Notes: generated from the sequence alone by a model not told the origin. Shown: positions 1 through 10,452, counted from the stretch's first letter. The stretch is DNA of 64,000 nucleotides from Candidatus Latescibacterota bacterium (GCA_965243025.1 CBDETY010000003.1:3296001-3360000), one strand, 5' to 3'. Numbers and translations are program-made.

Positions 1-738
1 TGCGTTCTCGTTCCGGGATATGGAACCGACGCGGCCCATGCCCAGGACAGGGCGGGATTCGTCGTGGATGGGGATTGGGGGGATTGGGGAAGGGGCGGTC
101 CCGGTGAGGGGGATGAGTTCTACGATGTCGTCCCGGATACCAACAGCAGCGTGGACATCATCGCATACGGGTACGGACTGGGTTCTTTCAGCCGCGGAGA
201 AGCGAACGGAACCGAGAAGCTGTTCGCCTTCATTTTCAGGTTCCTGGAGGCTCCCTTTCAGGATTCGACCCCGACCTCGGTGGAGCTGTTTTTCGACGTC
301 TCCGCCGATTCCACCGTTGGGGAGGAAACGCCGCCCTGGGTCGGTTTCCTCCCGGATTTCCGGATCGAAATCGTCGGCAAGGATGGAGGGTTGACCGGGG
401 AGACCTACCGCCGCCTGTCCGGAGACCAGTGGATTGTAACCGAAGGAGAAGACCTGGCGGAAGTGGAGGCGGCGCTCTCGGGCGAATGGCTGGAAGGGGC
501 CGTCCCCCTGGCGGCGCTGGGCAGTCCCGGGGACAGGCCGGAAGACGAGGAAAGAGGGTATTTCACCTTCAAATGGACCGCGAAAACGAGCAATGACGGG
601 TCGCGCGATTACGTCCCCGACGGAGATTCCTATTTCGAGGTCCCCTGGGGCCCGGTGGACTTGCGCATCTCGACTGCCGTCGAGTCTCAGGGTTGGGGTT
701 GGATCAAGAGGGAAGAACGGATTGGAGGACAGGAGTGA
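1..738 (+). CDS. Secreted hypothetical protein (5'-truncated by the window edge) with C-terminal VE..WG.IK tail
   Basis: Frame is open from base 1 (CVLVPGYGTDAAHAQD, the end of a signal peptide) through VDGDWGDW. It ends STAVESQGWGWIK, and its stop overlaps the next start (GTGA). Confidence 0.75.
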   Translation, partial: CVLVPGYGTDAAHAQDRAGFVVDGDWGDWGRGGPGEGDEFYDVVPDTNSSVDIIAYGYGLGSFSRGEANGTEKLFAFIFRFLEAPFQDSTPTSVELFFDVSADSTVGEETPPWVGFLPDFRIEIVGKDGGLTGETYRRLSGDQWIVTEGEDLAEVEAALSGEWLEGAVPLAALGSPGDRPEDEERGYFTFKWTAKTSNDGSRDYVPDGDSYFEVPWGPVDLRISTAVESQGWGWIKREERIGGQE

Positions 739-2882
739 AGGCCCGAACGGCCCTGTTCCTCGCCGCCCATTTCTTGTTGGCTCACGGGGTGGGCCACGGC
801 CAGGAGTTCCCCGTCGGGGCCTGGTTCCCGGGGCTGTTCAACAACCAGGCGGAGCATTTTGCGGAGCGGCTCGACCAGGTGGTCGAAGCCAACTTCAACA
901 CCATTCACGCCGCCCTCGGAGTCAGGAACGATCCTTCGGTCAATGGGGTCTTCCTCGATCTCGCTCACCAGCGGGGACTCGACGTCCTGCTGTACAGCTG
1001 GAATGTCCCCCCGGCGTGGCGGACGGCCAGCCGGACCTACTGGACCAAGACCGTGGAAGCGGAGCACCGGAGGTTCTTCACCCACCGTGTCGGGACCCGG
1101 GACGGAGGTGCCCTGCATGCGAATACCGCAGACCATACCCCGGGACTCCTTCTCGACACCCCCCCGGAGGGCCCGGGGGTCTTCCTGCGTTACCGGGAAC
1201 AGAAACTGAATGACCGCGGGCAGGTCGTCGAAAACAGGGTGCGTCACGGGATACACGTCTTCCGCCTCAAGACGGACGACAACAGCAGCCCGGAACGCAT
1301 CGCGACCCTGAGAATCCTCAGGCACTCGGACGGCACCCTGCTGCGCACGCGGGATGTGCGGGCGCTGGAATTCCGCGAGGTCGATACCTACCAGGATTTC
1401 CCGATCCGCTACTCCGTTCCCCGCGGCGGCGACTGGGTGCGCTACCAGGTCGAATGGCACGGGACGGGGAACCTCTGGGTCGACAGGATCAGGGCCCACG
1501 ACAGTTACGGCTACAGACTGTTTTCCGGGGATTTCGACGCCGATATCGTCAACGACCTGGCCGCCTATGACGGCGTATCCGTCGACCCGCCCTGGCGGTT
1601 CTACATGGAGGACGAGCCCCATTGGACCGAGAAGGACGAGAGCATCGCCTACCTGAACGACCTGATAAAGGCGCAGACCGGAAAGTCGGGGGTGGCTTCC
1701 TTCCACCAGACCCGCCAGGATTACATGCGGCATTTCGTCTACACGGTCTTCCCGTCGGAGTTCCTGGTAAACTTCTACACTTTCGGGATTTACGTGCCCG
1801 AACCGGGCCAGGCGCGCTACGCGACCCGCCTGCAGAGCGCCCTGGACAGCTACGTCACCTGGTACGGACGCGCCCGGGAGGTGGCCAGGGAGGCCGGCAT
1901 CCCCCTGTGGGCGGTCATCCAGGCCCACAGCTGGCCGAACGGCCTGCGCGACCCGACCCCGGAGGAAATCCGGGTTCAGGTCAATCTCGTCCTCGCCCAC
2001 GGCGTGACGGGGATCTTCTACTTCATGTATTCCAGCCATACCGACGAAGGCGGCCGGCCGGATCTGCAGGGCCTGGTGGACGGGGACTACCGGATCACTC
2101 CCAAATGGAGAGAGGTGCAGGCCCTCAACCGGATGTTGGGGGAGCTTGACGATACCCTGCTGCAGCTGACCTCGGACGCCGTCTTCCGCGGCGACGCTCC
2201 CGAATCCCCGGTCCGGCGGCTTTCCGATCCCGCGGATTACCACCTCGGCGCCTTTACCCACGCGGACGGAACGCGCTACCTGATGGTCGTCAACCGCCGC
2301 TGCCAGCCCTGGCCCCGCAGGCCCCGGACGGTGACCGTCGAACTGGATGCGTCCGAACTGAACGGCCCGGCCTGGTCCTACCTGGCAAGGGATCTCCATA
2401 CCGGGGAGACGGCAGCCACCAGCAACGGACTTTCCCCTTACTTCAACCTCTCCCTGGGCCCGGGAGAAGGGAAGCTGTTCCGCCTCGAACCCTGGGACGA
2501 TCAGGTTGCCCTGAAGGGGGATGTAAAGGTTCCCGCGGGGGTGAAGCTGACCCTGCCTGCCGGAACGACGGTGACGTTCGCCCCGGGGGACGAGACCGGG
2601 GGCGGCAAGGATGACCTGCGTTCCGAGCTCATCGTCGAGGGCGCTCTCGACGCCGGCGCCGGCGGCATCACCTTCCGCTCATCCGATGAAGCCGCGGCCT
2701 CCTCCGACGGCGACTGGTACGGCATCCGCGTGGCAGCAACGGGAAACGCCGACCTTTCGGGCGCCACGATTCAGGACGGGCTCCGCTGTGTGGAGGCGTA
2801 CGAAACGAGCACTGTCGACATGACGGACGCCGCCATGGTCAACTGCGGCCAGGGCGTGGAACTGCTCTCGACTTCCCCGTAG
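735..2882 (+). CDS. Large secreted protein with a glycoside-hydrolase-like barrel and a C-terminal beta-helix-like segment
   Basis: GTG start overlaps the upstream TGA. Signal peptide MKARTALFLAAHFLLAHGVGHG; motifs YMEDEP, AVIQAH, PTPEEIRVQVNLVLAHGVTGIFYF; C-terminal GDWYGIRV. Family assignment is tentative. Confidence 0.65.
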   Translation: MKARTALFLAAHFLLAHGVGHGQEFPVGAWFPGLFNNQAEHFAERLDQVVEANFNTIHAALGVRNDPSVNGVFLDLAHQRGLDVLLYSWNVPPAWRTASRTYWTKTVEAEHRRFFTHRVGTRDGGALHANTADHTPGLLLDTPPEGPGVFLRYREQKLNDRGQVVENRVRHGIHVFRLKTDDNSSPERIATLRILRHSDGTLLRTRDVRALEFREVDTYQDFPIRYSVPRGGDWVRYQVEWHGTGNLWVDRIRAHDSYGYRLFSGDFDADIVNDLAAYDGVSVDPPWRFYMEDEPHWTEKDESIAYLNDLIKAQTGKSGVASFHQTRQDYMRHFVYTVFPSEFLVNFYTFGIYVPEPGQARYATRLQSALDSYVTWYGRAREVAREAGIPLWAVIQAHSWPNGLRDPTPEEIRVQVNLVLAHGVTGIFYFMYSSHTDEGGRPDLQGLVDGDYRITPKWREVQALNRMLGELDDTLLQLTSDAVFRGDAPESPVRRLSDPADYHLGAFTHADGTRYLMVVNRRCQPWPRRPRTVTVELDASELNGPAWSYLARDLHTGETAATSNGLSPYFNLSLGPGEGKLFRLEPWDDQVALKGDVKVPAGVKLTLPAGTTVTFAPGDETGGGKDDLRSELIVEGALDAGAGGITFRSSDEAAASSDGDWYGIRVAATGNADLSGATIQDGLRCVEAYETSTVDMTDAAMVNCGQGVELLSTSP

Positions 2883-2960
2883 GGAAGCCGCGTCCCTTCG
2901 CGCCCCATCCCGCCGCTCGCGGCGCCGCTGCGCCCTCAGCCAACCAGCCCGCGCAGATAA

Positions 2961-2998
2961 TCGCGGGAGAATTATATACATAATTCAGCAACGGTATT
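2961..2998 (+). repeat. IS1595-like terminal inverted repeat (orphan end)
   Basis: AT-rich tcgcgggagaattatatacataattcagcaacggtatt matches the reverse complement of 58050-58087 at 35/38 positions. Confidence 0.65.
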
Positions 2999-3004
2999 CC
3001 TCCC

Positions 3005-3313
3005 TTTGGCTGATCCCCTCGGAGGGTTTGGAAGCCGGTCACCGCTGAGAGTTCAGTTCAAATAGTGTGCTTGGGAGATTCAGGAACTGAGCCCTGCGGA
3101 AGAGGTCATCCTCCTGCGGAGAATACAGAAGCGGACAATTCCCGAGGGATCCTCCCGTTGCCTTGCAACCCGCAGGAATCGGCACCCTGGGTCGGAGAGC
3201 CACCGGTCTGATCGAGAAGGGGATTGCATCGAAACCTCCCCTGCCTGACCTCTCCAGGGCTGGAAGGCGGTGGCCGCCGGGGGGATTCAGTTCAGATCGG
3301 GGTGCCTGGGAGT
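3005..3313 (+). repeat. Cryptic non-coding repeat family, copy A (internal period ~235 bp)
   Basis: 3051-3086 matches the reverse complement of 14637-14672 at 31/36. The TTCAGTTCARAT motif recurs at ~3286, and CTGATCGAG occurs at 3208. Confidence 0.6.
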
Positions 3314-4441
3314 TTAAAAGGAAAATTGCATTTGTATCGAATAGGTGTTGTCGGTATAGCTATGGGCGGGGTCGTTCGAGTCGTTGTCCGAGAACGCGTA
3401 TGCCAGCCGAGCCGCAATGTTGTCGAGAAGGTCCTGCTTGAAGCCGAAGCGCAACAGGGTAAGGTGGTCTCGTCGATTGGTACCGATCCCGGGAACTGTC
3501 CAATCCTGGTAAAACTTGAAATGGCGGCGCGCGGAAAGGCTCGCGTTGGAACGTGGTGTCAGTCTCCAGATGAACAAAGACACTATGCGGTGGTTGATGA
3601 AATTGAAATCGAAATCGTCCACGTCTCCATCGCGATGGCCGAATTCCCCCCCCTGTTCAGGTTCGCGAGAAAAGGATTCGTGGCGGGGGAGATTGCGGGT
3701 TGCCAGGTCGATATCAAACCGGTATGTCAAATTGGACAACACTTTACTCAAGACCATGCCTTCAAACTCGAAGCTGGCCGTCTGGCGGATCCCCCCCACG
3801 TTCTCGTTAAGGTCGGACAGGATGATTCTCGGGTCGATAACGCCTCGGTACACGCGCGCCTGATAGCCGGCCGAAACACGTGCAGTCGCGCTGAACCGCC
3901 GTCCGAGCCGGCCTTCGACCATGACACTGCTGTACGTGCTGCCTTCGCTGTTGGGAAAGTGCTTGTTCCGCAACTCGGCCCCGAACCGGGACGACCACGA
4001 CGGATTCCATCGAATCCGGAGTTGACCACTGATATCCTGCTTGAAGTATTCGTTGATGCGGTCATTGGGCTGGTGCCGCAGGCCGAGGTTGGCAACGGTC
4101 AAGAGCGTGGCATCGCCCGAAAGCCTGCGGTGCCAAAGACCTGAGAGCAGGTGATCGTAGCGATTTTTCCGGGTTACATCCGCAAAGCGACGCGGGGCCA
4201 TCTCATAGCGTACTGCGATGCGGGAACCGGGATCAAGCTTCGCCCTGACATGGATCCCGGCCCAAATATACGCGGCAAAATCCTGTTGTTCGCCCCGTTC
4301 TGCCGGCACCTGAAAGACATTGTCTTCGTACTGGTAGCGGAGGTCGAAAAAGGGCTCGGTCCGCAACGATGAATCGGCGAAAACCAGGCAGGGGGTGCTC
4401 AGGACGAACAACCAGAGCACGGCTGCAACTCTCAACGACAC
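3314..4441 (-). CDS. Outer-membrane beta-barrel protein
   Basis: Signal peptide, alternating amphipathic beta-strands and C-terminal SIQMQFSF (BAM-type terminal Phe). Confidence 0.75.
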   Translation of the reverse strand: MSLRVAAVLWLFVLSTPCLVFADSSLRTEPFFDLRYQYEDNVFQVPAERGEQQDFAAYIWAGIHVRAKLDPGSRIAVRYEMAPRRFADVTRKNRYDHLLSGLWHRRLSGDATLLTVANLGLRHQPNDRINEYFKQDISGQLRIRWNPSWSSRFGAELRNKHFPNSEGSTYSSVMVEGRLGRRFSATARVSAGYQARVYRGVIDPRIILSDLNENVGGIRQTASFEFEGMVLSKVLSNLTYRFDIDLATRNLPRHESFSREPEQGGEFGHRDGDVDDFDFNFINHRIVSLFIWRLTPRSNASLSARRHFKFYQDWTVPGIGTNRRDHLTLLRFGFKQDLLDNIAARLAYAFSDNDSNDPAHSYTDNTYSIQMQFSF

Positions 4442-4453
4442 GTGTGGATACCG

Positions 4454-5347
4454 TCACTTTCCCTGGAGCATATTTTCGAGTTCCTTGGCGAGATGCAGGG
4501 CTTTCTCATCGTGGATTTCTTCTTTGGCGTACCAGCTCTCCCGTTTGGCTCGCCAATATTCCAGCGCCGATTCCGCCTCCGCAATCTCTCCTTCCAGTTC
4601 AGCGATATCGAGGGTGCGGTCGAGGTCGAATTCGTCCTCTTCTCCGCGGCGAATGTCGCGGAGCAACTCCAGCATGTTGCGTCGCAAATCGAGTACTTTC
4701 CCGGTTTCGCGGATCTGCCGGTCAAGCTCTCCGATTTTGCTTCGTATAATATCCTGTTGGTCTTTGACCACGGCCAATTTCTGCTGGATATCATCGGGGC
4801 CGTCGGTCTGCGCCGGGGTGACATCCAGCGACAACAGAAGCTCACTTGACTCTCCGGCTATCTGCTCCCGGTAGGTTTCTGATTCTTCCTGAAGTTTCAG
4901 CACCTCGGAAAGGATCCGGGTCCTGGTCTTGTGATCTTTGGCGAGGCGCGCTTCCCCGGAAAGCCGCTCGATTTCGTCATTCAGCAGGCCCACGAGCGTT
5001 CGTTTCCTGGCCACCGATGCCTCGGTGAGGGCATAGATCCGGTCGTCGAGCGCCTGGATCCGGTCCGATAATTCCCGGGAAGCCTGAAGGTTGTTCTGCA
5101 ACTGCCGCTCAAGCAATCGGTCGCTGCCTTGTTGCAGGTCTTGTTTGATCGTTCGGATCCTATCGGTCAACTGCTTGTTTTCGCCCAGCAGCTTGTTGCT
5201 CTCCCCCGAAATGCCTTCGACCTGTTCGGCGAGTCGTTCAATCTGTATTCGCAAGTTCTGCAGGGTTGGCTGTTTTGCGAACCCCGCTGGCACCGCCCCG
5301 ATTAAGATGGCGAAAGACAGCAAGAGACACTGCCTGTCAAAAGGCAT
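4454..5347 (-). CDS. Periplasmic coiled-coil protein
   Basis: Signal peptide ending AGFA, then long Leu/Glu/Gln heptads. Co-oriented with the TCS genes. Confidence 0.75.
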   Translation of the reverse strand: MPFDRQCLLLSFAILIGAVPAGFAKQPTLQNLRIQIERLAEQVEGISGESNKLLGENKQLTDRIRTIKQDLQQGSDRLLERQLQNNLQASRELSDRIQALDDRIYALTEASVARKRTLVGLLNDEIERLSGEARLAKDHKTRTRILSEVLKLQEESETYREQIAGESSELLLSLDVTPAQTDGPDDIQQKLAVVKDQQDIIRSKIGELDRQIRETGKVLDLRRNMLELLRDIRRGEEDEFDLDRTLDIAELEGEIAEAESALEYWRAKRESWYAKEEIHDEKALHLAKELENMLQGK

Positions 5348-5370
5348 GGGCCTGAACGCTTGACGGGAGA

Positions 5371-6708
5371 TTAGAGTTCATACTTCTCAAATTTGTAGCG
5401 GAAAGTTGTTCGTTCGATGCCGAGCAATTTTGCGGCGTCGGCTTTGACCTTGTTCGCCTTCAGATAGGCATCCCACAAAAGCTGCTTTTCAAAAGCCTCG
5501 ACCCGCTCCGTCAGGGTGCCGCCCTCTACGTGGTTTTCAGGCGATTGAGCGTTCAGCGAGAGATCCTCAGGCGCGATTTCCTTGCCCTGTGCCAGCACCA
5601 CGGCGCGTTCGATGGCGTTTTCGAGCTCCCTGACATTGCCCGCCCAGGAGTGCGTCGTCAGCAATTCCATTGCGCCCGGATGCACGGACGACACCTTCTT
5701 GCCGATCTCGGCGTTGTACTTGAGCAGGAAATGGGCCGCGAGCAGCGGGATGTCTTCGCGACGTTCGCGCAAGGGCGGAACCTCGATGGGCACCACGTTG
5801 AGGCGATAGTACAGGTCTTCGCGGAAGGCCCCTTCCCTGATGCGGTCGGGAAGATTGCGGTTGGTCGCGGCCACGAGCCGGACATCGACCGAGATCGTGC
5901 GGGTTCCCCCGACCCGTTCGAATTCCCCTTCCTGCAGGACGCGCAGCAGTTTGACCTGCATCGCCGGCGTACTCTCGGCAATCTCGTCGAGGAACAACGT
6001 ACCGCCGTCGGCGATCTCGAAACGTCCGGGTCTCATCTTCACGGCCTGGGTAAATGCCCCTTTCTCGTGGCCGAAGAGTTCGCTTTCCAGCACGCCCTCC
6101 GACAGCGCCGCGCAATTGACCTTGACGAAGGGTTTTTCCCAGCGCGGACTGTGCTGGTGGATCGCCCGGGCAACGAGCTCTTTCCCGGTGCCGCTTTCCC
6201 CGCCGATGAGCACGGTCGAAGGGGTTGGCGCGACGGTTTTTATCCTGCGAAAGACCGCTTTCATCTGAAGGCTTTTTCCCATGATCCCGTCAAACCCGTA
6301 ACGCAGCTCGTCTTCCCCGCGCAGGTAGGCGTTTTCCTGACTGAGACGGCGTCCTTCAAGAGCCTGTTCGGTTTTTATTTCGATCTGTTCGAGCGTGTAC
6401 GGTTTGGTTATGAAATCCACCGCTCCCTTTTGCATCGCCTCAACGGCCAACTCAATGGTGCCGAAAGCGGTCATCATCACGACACTGGTTTCGGGCGAGA
6501 TCTCGGCAATGGCGGCAAGGACTTCGAGTCCGGTTTTCTTGGGCATCTGGATGTCGACCATGGCCAAATCGAAAGAGTACTTCCCGACCTCCGAAATCGC
6601 ATCCTCTCCGTCGCAGGCAACATGGGTCGAATGCCCCAGGCCCCCAAGCGCGAGGGCGAGCCCTTCCCTGGTGCTTTTATGGTCATCGGCGATCAGTATC
6701 CGGCTCAT
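5371..6708 (-). CDS. Sigma54-dependent response regulator (NtrC/ZraR family: receiver-AAA+-Fis HTH)
   Basis: Receiver ILIADD...VDIQMP; Walker A GESGTGKE; ESELFGHEKGAFTQA; FLDEI; FREDLYYRLNV; WAGNVRELEN; C-terminal HTH. Confidence 0.95.
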   Translation of the reverse strand: MSRILIADDHKSTREGLALALGGLGHSTHVACDGEDAISEVGKYSFDLAMVDIQMPKKTGLEVLAAIAEISPETSVVMMTAFGTIELAVEAMQKGAVDFITKPYTLEQIEIKTEQALEGRRLSQENAYLRGEDELRYGFDGIMGKSLQMKAVFRRIKTVAPTPSTVLIGGESGTGKELVARAIHQHSPRWEKPFVKVNCAALSEGVLESELFGHEKGAFTQAVKMRPGRFEIADGGTLFLDEIAESTPAMQVKLLRVLQEGEFERVGGTRTISVDVRLVAATNRNLPDRIREGAFREDLYYRLNVVPIEVPPLRERREDIPLLAAHFLLKYNAEIGKKVSSVHPGAMELLTTHSWAGNVRELENAIERAVVLAQGKEIAPEDLSLNAQSPENHVEGGTLTERVEAFEKQLLWDAYLKANKVKADAAKLLGIERTTFRYKFEKYEL

Positions 6709-8165
6709 GTCCGTTTTCCTCGGTCCATAGTCGTCGGCAGTTTTAGGGCAAACGTCGTGCCATCGCCCTGCTTACTCCGGCATTCGATGGTCCCTCGGTG
6801 ATGCTCGACCAGCCGCTTGACGATGGCCAACCCGAGCCCGGTGCCCTTGTCCTTGGTGGTGAAAAAGGGGATAAATGCGCGTTCCGCCGTCTCGGGAGAC
6901 ATTCCCACCCCGGTATCCCGAACCTCGACGCGGATGGCATCGGCGTCCGCATCGACAAAACCTTCGACGGCGATGGTTCCGCCCCGGTCGATTGCTTGCG
7001 CGGCATTCTTGATGAGATTGGTGAACACCCGCTTGAGACGGTCGGCGTCTGCTTCGATGGTGGGCAAGGTGTCCAGGTTCTTCGTTTGAACCTCGATTTC
7101 GGCCCCACGCAACTCCGCATCGAGCAGCGCCAGCACGGAAACGACGGTGTCCGACAAGTCCACCGGCTCGGTCTGCAGCGGCCTCGGACGCGCAAAGTCG
7201 AGGAATTCGCTGACCAGCTGGTTCAACGACTGCACTTCCCCCTCTACTCGTTCAATCAGTTGCTCCGCCTTCGGGTCGGCCGGGATCTGGCGCTTGAGCA
7301 AACCCAGGAAAATCCGCATCCCGTTAAGCGGATTCCGAACTTCATGGGCGAGCCCGGCCGATAGTTGCCGAAGCTCCTCTGTCATGCCAGACACCTGCTG
7401 GTCCCGCTTTTGAATCGCGATGCTCATCTCGTTGAATGTCGTGGCCAGCTCGCCGACTTCGTCCTCGCTGCGCGTTTCAACCTGCGTCCCGAATGCCCCG
7501 GCCTTGATCTGTTGGGTCGCTTGCGAGAGTCTCTCAATCGGCACGACGATTGACCGGGCTAAAAAAATGCTGAGAACGACTGCAAAAACCATACCAACGA
7601 CGCCGATGAGTACCATGTTGCGGCTCATCCCCGCAAGGGTTTCGAGGAACAGCACACTAGCATCTACAGCGAGAATGGCGACGATGGCACCGTCTTCGTC
7701 GCGAATGGGAGCGTAAGCCGACCGGTAAAAAGCATCGTCTTTGCCGTGAAAGGCGACGGAGGCAGCCCCTGTCCCTTCCTTGGCCTCGTCAATATGGATT
7801 CTGTCTTCGCCCAGTGAGCGGTATTGACTGCCGATGGGCACATCGAGGCGGGAATCGACGAGGCTTTTGTATTCAAGGTCGAATACGTACATCGCCTGCG
7901 CCTCCGAAGCATCGCGCATGGACTGCAGCTCCTTTTGCAGCATTCGGTACAACCGCGTGCCTTCTTCGCCCGGCTGGAGTGCGCGCAAGTGGCTTCCGTT
8001 GAGTTGCGCTGCAGAGGTCCTGGCGACCGCCACGAGCCGCTCGCCCATCTCGGCGTCGAGCGCACGCTTTGCCGCGTCGTAAAACAGGTAACTGCCAGCG
8101 GTAAAAACCAGGACCACGAGCAGCGCAATGGTCAGGGTTGTCTTGGTTTGGAGCCGGATCTTCAT
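6705..8165 (-). CDS. Membrane sensor histidine kinase (periplasmic sensor, HAMP, HisKA, HATPase)
   Basis: Two TM helices; HAMP EDEVGELATTFNEM; H-box LAHEVRNPL; N-box NLIKNA; DTGVG; PFFTTK; GTGLGL. Confidence 0.95.
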   Translation of the reverse strand: MKIRLQTKTTLTIALLVVLVFTAGSYLFYDAAKRALDAEMGERLVAVARTSAAQLNGSHLRALQPGEEGTRLYRMLQKELQSMRDASEAQAMYVFDLEYKSLVDSRLDVPIGSQYRSLGEDRIHIDEAKEGTGAASVAFHGKDDAFYRSAYAPIRDEDGAIVAILAVDASVLFLETLAGMSRNMVLIGVVGMVFAVVLSIFLARSIVVPIERLSQATQQIKAGAFGTQVETRSEDEVGELATTFNEMSIAIQKRDQQVSGMTEELRQLSAGLAHEVRNPLNGMRIFLGLLKRQIPADPKAEQLIERVEGEVQSLNQLVSEFLDFARPRPLQTEPVDLSDTVVSVLALLDAELRGAEIEVQTKNLDTLPTIEADADRLKRVFTNLIKNAAQAIDRGGTIAVEGFVDADADAIRVEVRDTGVGMSPETAERAFIPFFTTKDKGTGLGLAIVKRLVEHHRGTIECRSKQGDGTTFALKLPTTMDRGKRT

Positions 8166-8267
8166 GCCCTTTTCGCACCTACACGCAGTAATAAAGGAAT
8201 ATATCCGCTTTGATTAACAATGGGTCCATGGCGTGGGCGGCTGTGCGGAGCAGCATGACCATTGAGC

Positions 8268-8337
8268 CTCGCTGAATTTACCGGAAAAACTTCCTTGTCC
8301 GGCAAATTTCTGCCTCCTCCGACGGGAATTTGCCGCG
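8268..8337 (+). promoter_or_regulatory. Putative upstream activating sequences for the sigma54 activator
   Basis: Near-palindromes ggcaaatttctgcc and cgggaatttgccg lie ~55-100 bp upstream of the -24 box. The block is conserved at 12166-12237. Confidence 0.5.
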
Positions 8338-8387
8338 TCCGGTCGGGATTCCCCCCAAAACCCCCCTGATTCAGTCCCTTTCCTTTC

Positions 8388-8402
8388 TGGCACGGAGATT
8401 GC
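8388..8402 (+). promoter_or_regulatory. Sigma54 -24/-12 promoter
   Basis: TGGCACGGAGATTGC matches the TGGCAC-N5-TTGC consensus. It lies upstream of the lipoprotein gene and divergent from the sigma54 TCS. Confidence 0.85.
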
Positions 8403-8476
8403 GAAGCGGCATGGCGTCCATGCCACATCGAAATGATGTGGTCTGAACTACCCACTCAAACTCCGAGGAGGATGCC

Positions 8477-9205
8477 ATGAAACTCACCATGAGCTACCCG
8501 ATCGTCGCGGTGCTGGTTCTCGCGCTGGCAGGGATGGTCGGCTGTTCCGATAATCCAGTATCGCCCACAGGCAGGTCTGAGCCGGCCGGAGAGCATGGAG
8601 GCAACGAAGGCGGGGAAGGCAGCGAAAGCCACGCCGGCAGCGAAGGCGGGGGAGGCGAGGGAAGTGAGACCAGCGGCCATGCTGAAGGCCCCGAAGGCGG
8701 CGGCGGAGGCGATCCATCCAGCCCCATCCTCGCCCTCGACGAGTCCTGGGACGGTTTCGTCAACGGCGTGCGCGTGGCCATGTCCTATGACCCGGACAGA
8801 CGCTCGTTCTCCGGCATCGTCGAGAACACGACGGCGCAGACCCTCTGCTCCGTCCAGATCGAACTCAACCTCAAGCAGGGGACGCGCACGGTCGTCGAAC
8901 TGGGGCCCTCTCCGGTCGGCGACCTGGCAGCGGGTGCCAGTGCGACCACCGAACTGTTGGTCGACGACGAGCCGCAGGCCGCGGGAGTAACTTTTGACGC
9001 CTGGGAGATCCATCCGGAGGTGTTTGACTGCAACGGCCCCGGTCCCAATCCTCCAGGTGGCGAGGGGAACGAAATCAGCGGCCATGCCGAAGGTCCGGAG
9101 GGCGGCGGAGGGGGTGAAAGCGGCGGTGAGCACGGGAGTGGTGCAGGGGGTGGCGAAGGCGGGGAAAGCCACGCCGGCCGGGAAGGAGGCGAAGGCGGCG
9201 GTTAG
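8477..9205 (+). CDS. Gly/Glu/His-rich lipoprotein with one FxLYD-like Ig-fold domain
   Basis: RBS gaggagga; lipobox MVGC; low-complexity GGEHG/SHAG/GHAEG linkers; domain GIVENTTAQTLCSVQIELNL...ELGPSPVGDLAAG. Confidence 0.8.
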   Translation: MKLTMSYPIVAVLVLALAGMVGCSDNPVSPTGRSEPAGEHGGNEGGEGSESHAGSEGGGGEGSETSGHAEGPEGGGGGDPSSPILALDESWDGFVNGVRVAMSYDPDRRSFSGIVENTTAQTLCSVQIELNLKQGTRTVVELGPSPVGDLAAGASATTELLVDDEPQAAGVTFDAWEIHPEVFDCNGPGPNPPGGEGNEISGHAEGPEGGGGGESGGEHGSGAGGGEGGESHAGREGGEGGG

Positions 9206-9231
9206 GTGAAATCCCAGATAGCGAAAGCGAG

Positions 9232-9275
9232 AAAAAAGCTGGCCGGTTGTACTTTCAATCGGCCAGCTTTTTTTT
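9232..9275 (+). terminator. Rho-independent terminator
   Basis: aaaaagctggccg-loop-cggccagc followed by a T-run. A near-identical copy is at 14079-14118. Confidence 0.85.
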
Positions 9276-9294
9276 GCCTGATACGGCTGGGTCG

Positions 9295-9660
9295 GATGTT
9301 CAAAAAGCCGGCAATCGGTGGAACGGTCGGGCTTCGGAGAGGGAGACAGAGGAGCCGGTCTCGGGTATCGGAAGAGGACGCAGGAGGCTACGCTTCGAAG
9401 GAGGACAGTCGCGGGTGTTACCCGGAAGATTTCAGGAACTGTGAGCGTCGAGGTATCGCTGGAAGCTGACTCGACCGAGGTCTGGCGGTGAGGGTATCCA
9501 GCAAGCTTGCCGGAATTCTGCAAGAATCGACCTGATGGCACTACTTCCGACGGCAAGAGCTTCGCCGACGTGGAGACCCCTTCATCGTCTGGGGTTTCGA
9601 GCAGGCGGTCGAGGGGTCTGCCTCCGATTCTACCCTGGCATGGTCTTTTGCTGAGACCCG
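9295..9660 (+). repeat. Cryptic non-coding repeat family, copy B
   Basis: ttcaggaactg...gaggtatcgctgg...cgaggtctggcggtgaggg is shared with copy C (reverse complement). GGCATGGTCTTTTGC at 9637-9651 equals the reverse complement of 55858-55872. Confidence 0.5.
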
Positions 9661-10178
9661 CCGTTTCCGTTTGGAGAGGGAAACACACCGTTTTGCATAG
9701 GCCATAAACGGCTCCTTCCCGCGTTTATCTACGCAAATGGTTTAATACCCGAACGACTTCCGGTAGGCTTCCTTCTGGCTTTTGGACATTCCCCCGATCT
9801 TCCGTCGGCAGTCGGGACACCAAGTAGCCCTGCGGCCTATTGACTGAAACCGAACTCCGCAGGGACACACGTAGTCCCGAGGGGGAGTCACAATCCGGGC
9901 CAAATCACCCTTTCCCGATCCGGGGCGCCTGAGAATTCGGTTTTCATCCTCTCTCTCCCATCGTTGTTCCTTGAAATCCCACCATTCGGAGTCAAATCAC
10001 TTTCTCTCCGACTCGGAAGTTTCCCTGTAAACGGTGCGGAGTCTCCTTTGTGTCCACATCCCACAGCCGCACCGTCTCCTCCCTTGCCCCGGTGGCTACC
10101 ACATGGAACGGCGCGGCTGCGGCTGCTGTTCCGCAGCAGCGGACGACTTCCCTGTTGACGACTTCCTGTTCAGAACCT

Positions 10179-10425
10179 TCAGCCAGCCTGGGAATCGATG
10201 AACTCCACCACTTCTTGTACGCTCTTCAGCTCGGTACAATGCTGGGGGGTAAACGTGACCGTGAATTCCCGGGAGACCAGTCTCGCGAAGGCAACGAGAT
10301 CCGTAGAAGGGAACGCCGGACTCCATGAGGCTGAAGTTCAGATCCTCGGGCAGATCTATCGGCTTGCCATCCACTTCGAGGTTTTCGCTGATGAGATTTC
10401 GGAGACGATCTGCGGTTGCGGACAT
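10179..10425 (-). pseudogene. Free-standing acyl carrier protein with a one-base frameshift
   Basis: Removing one base near 10309 gives MSATADRLRNLISENLEVDG...SLMESGVPSTDLVAFARLVSREFTVTFTPQHCTELKSVQEVVEFIDSQAG*, an ACP-like pattern. A sequencing error is possible. Confidence 0.7.
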
Positions 10426-10452
10426 GGGTCAATGGATCCTTTCTCAAAGGTA

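Noticed and set aside
687-2399. Long antisense or alternative-frame ORFs (also 16248-18050, 21237-23246, 31948-34041, 43776-45926, 56324-57331)
   Set aside because: High-GC shadow frames overlapping genes that have clear family motifs.
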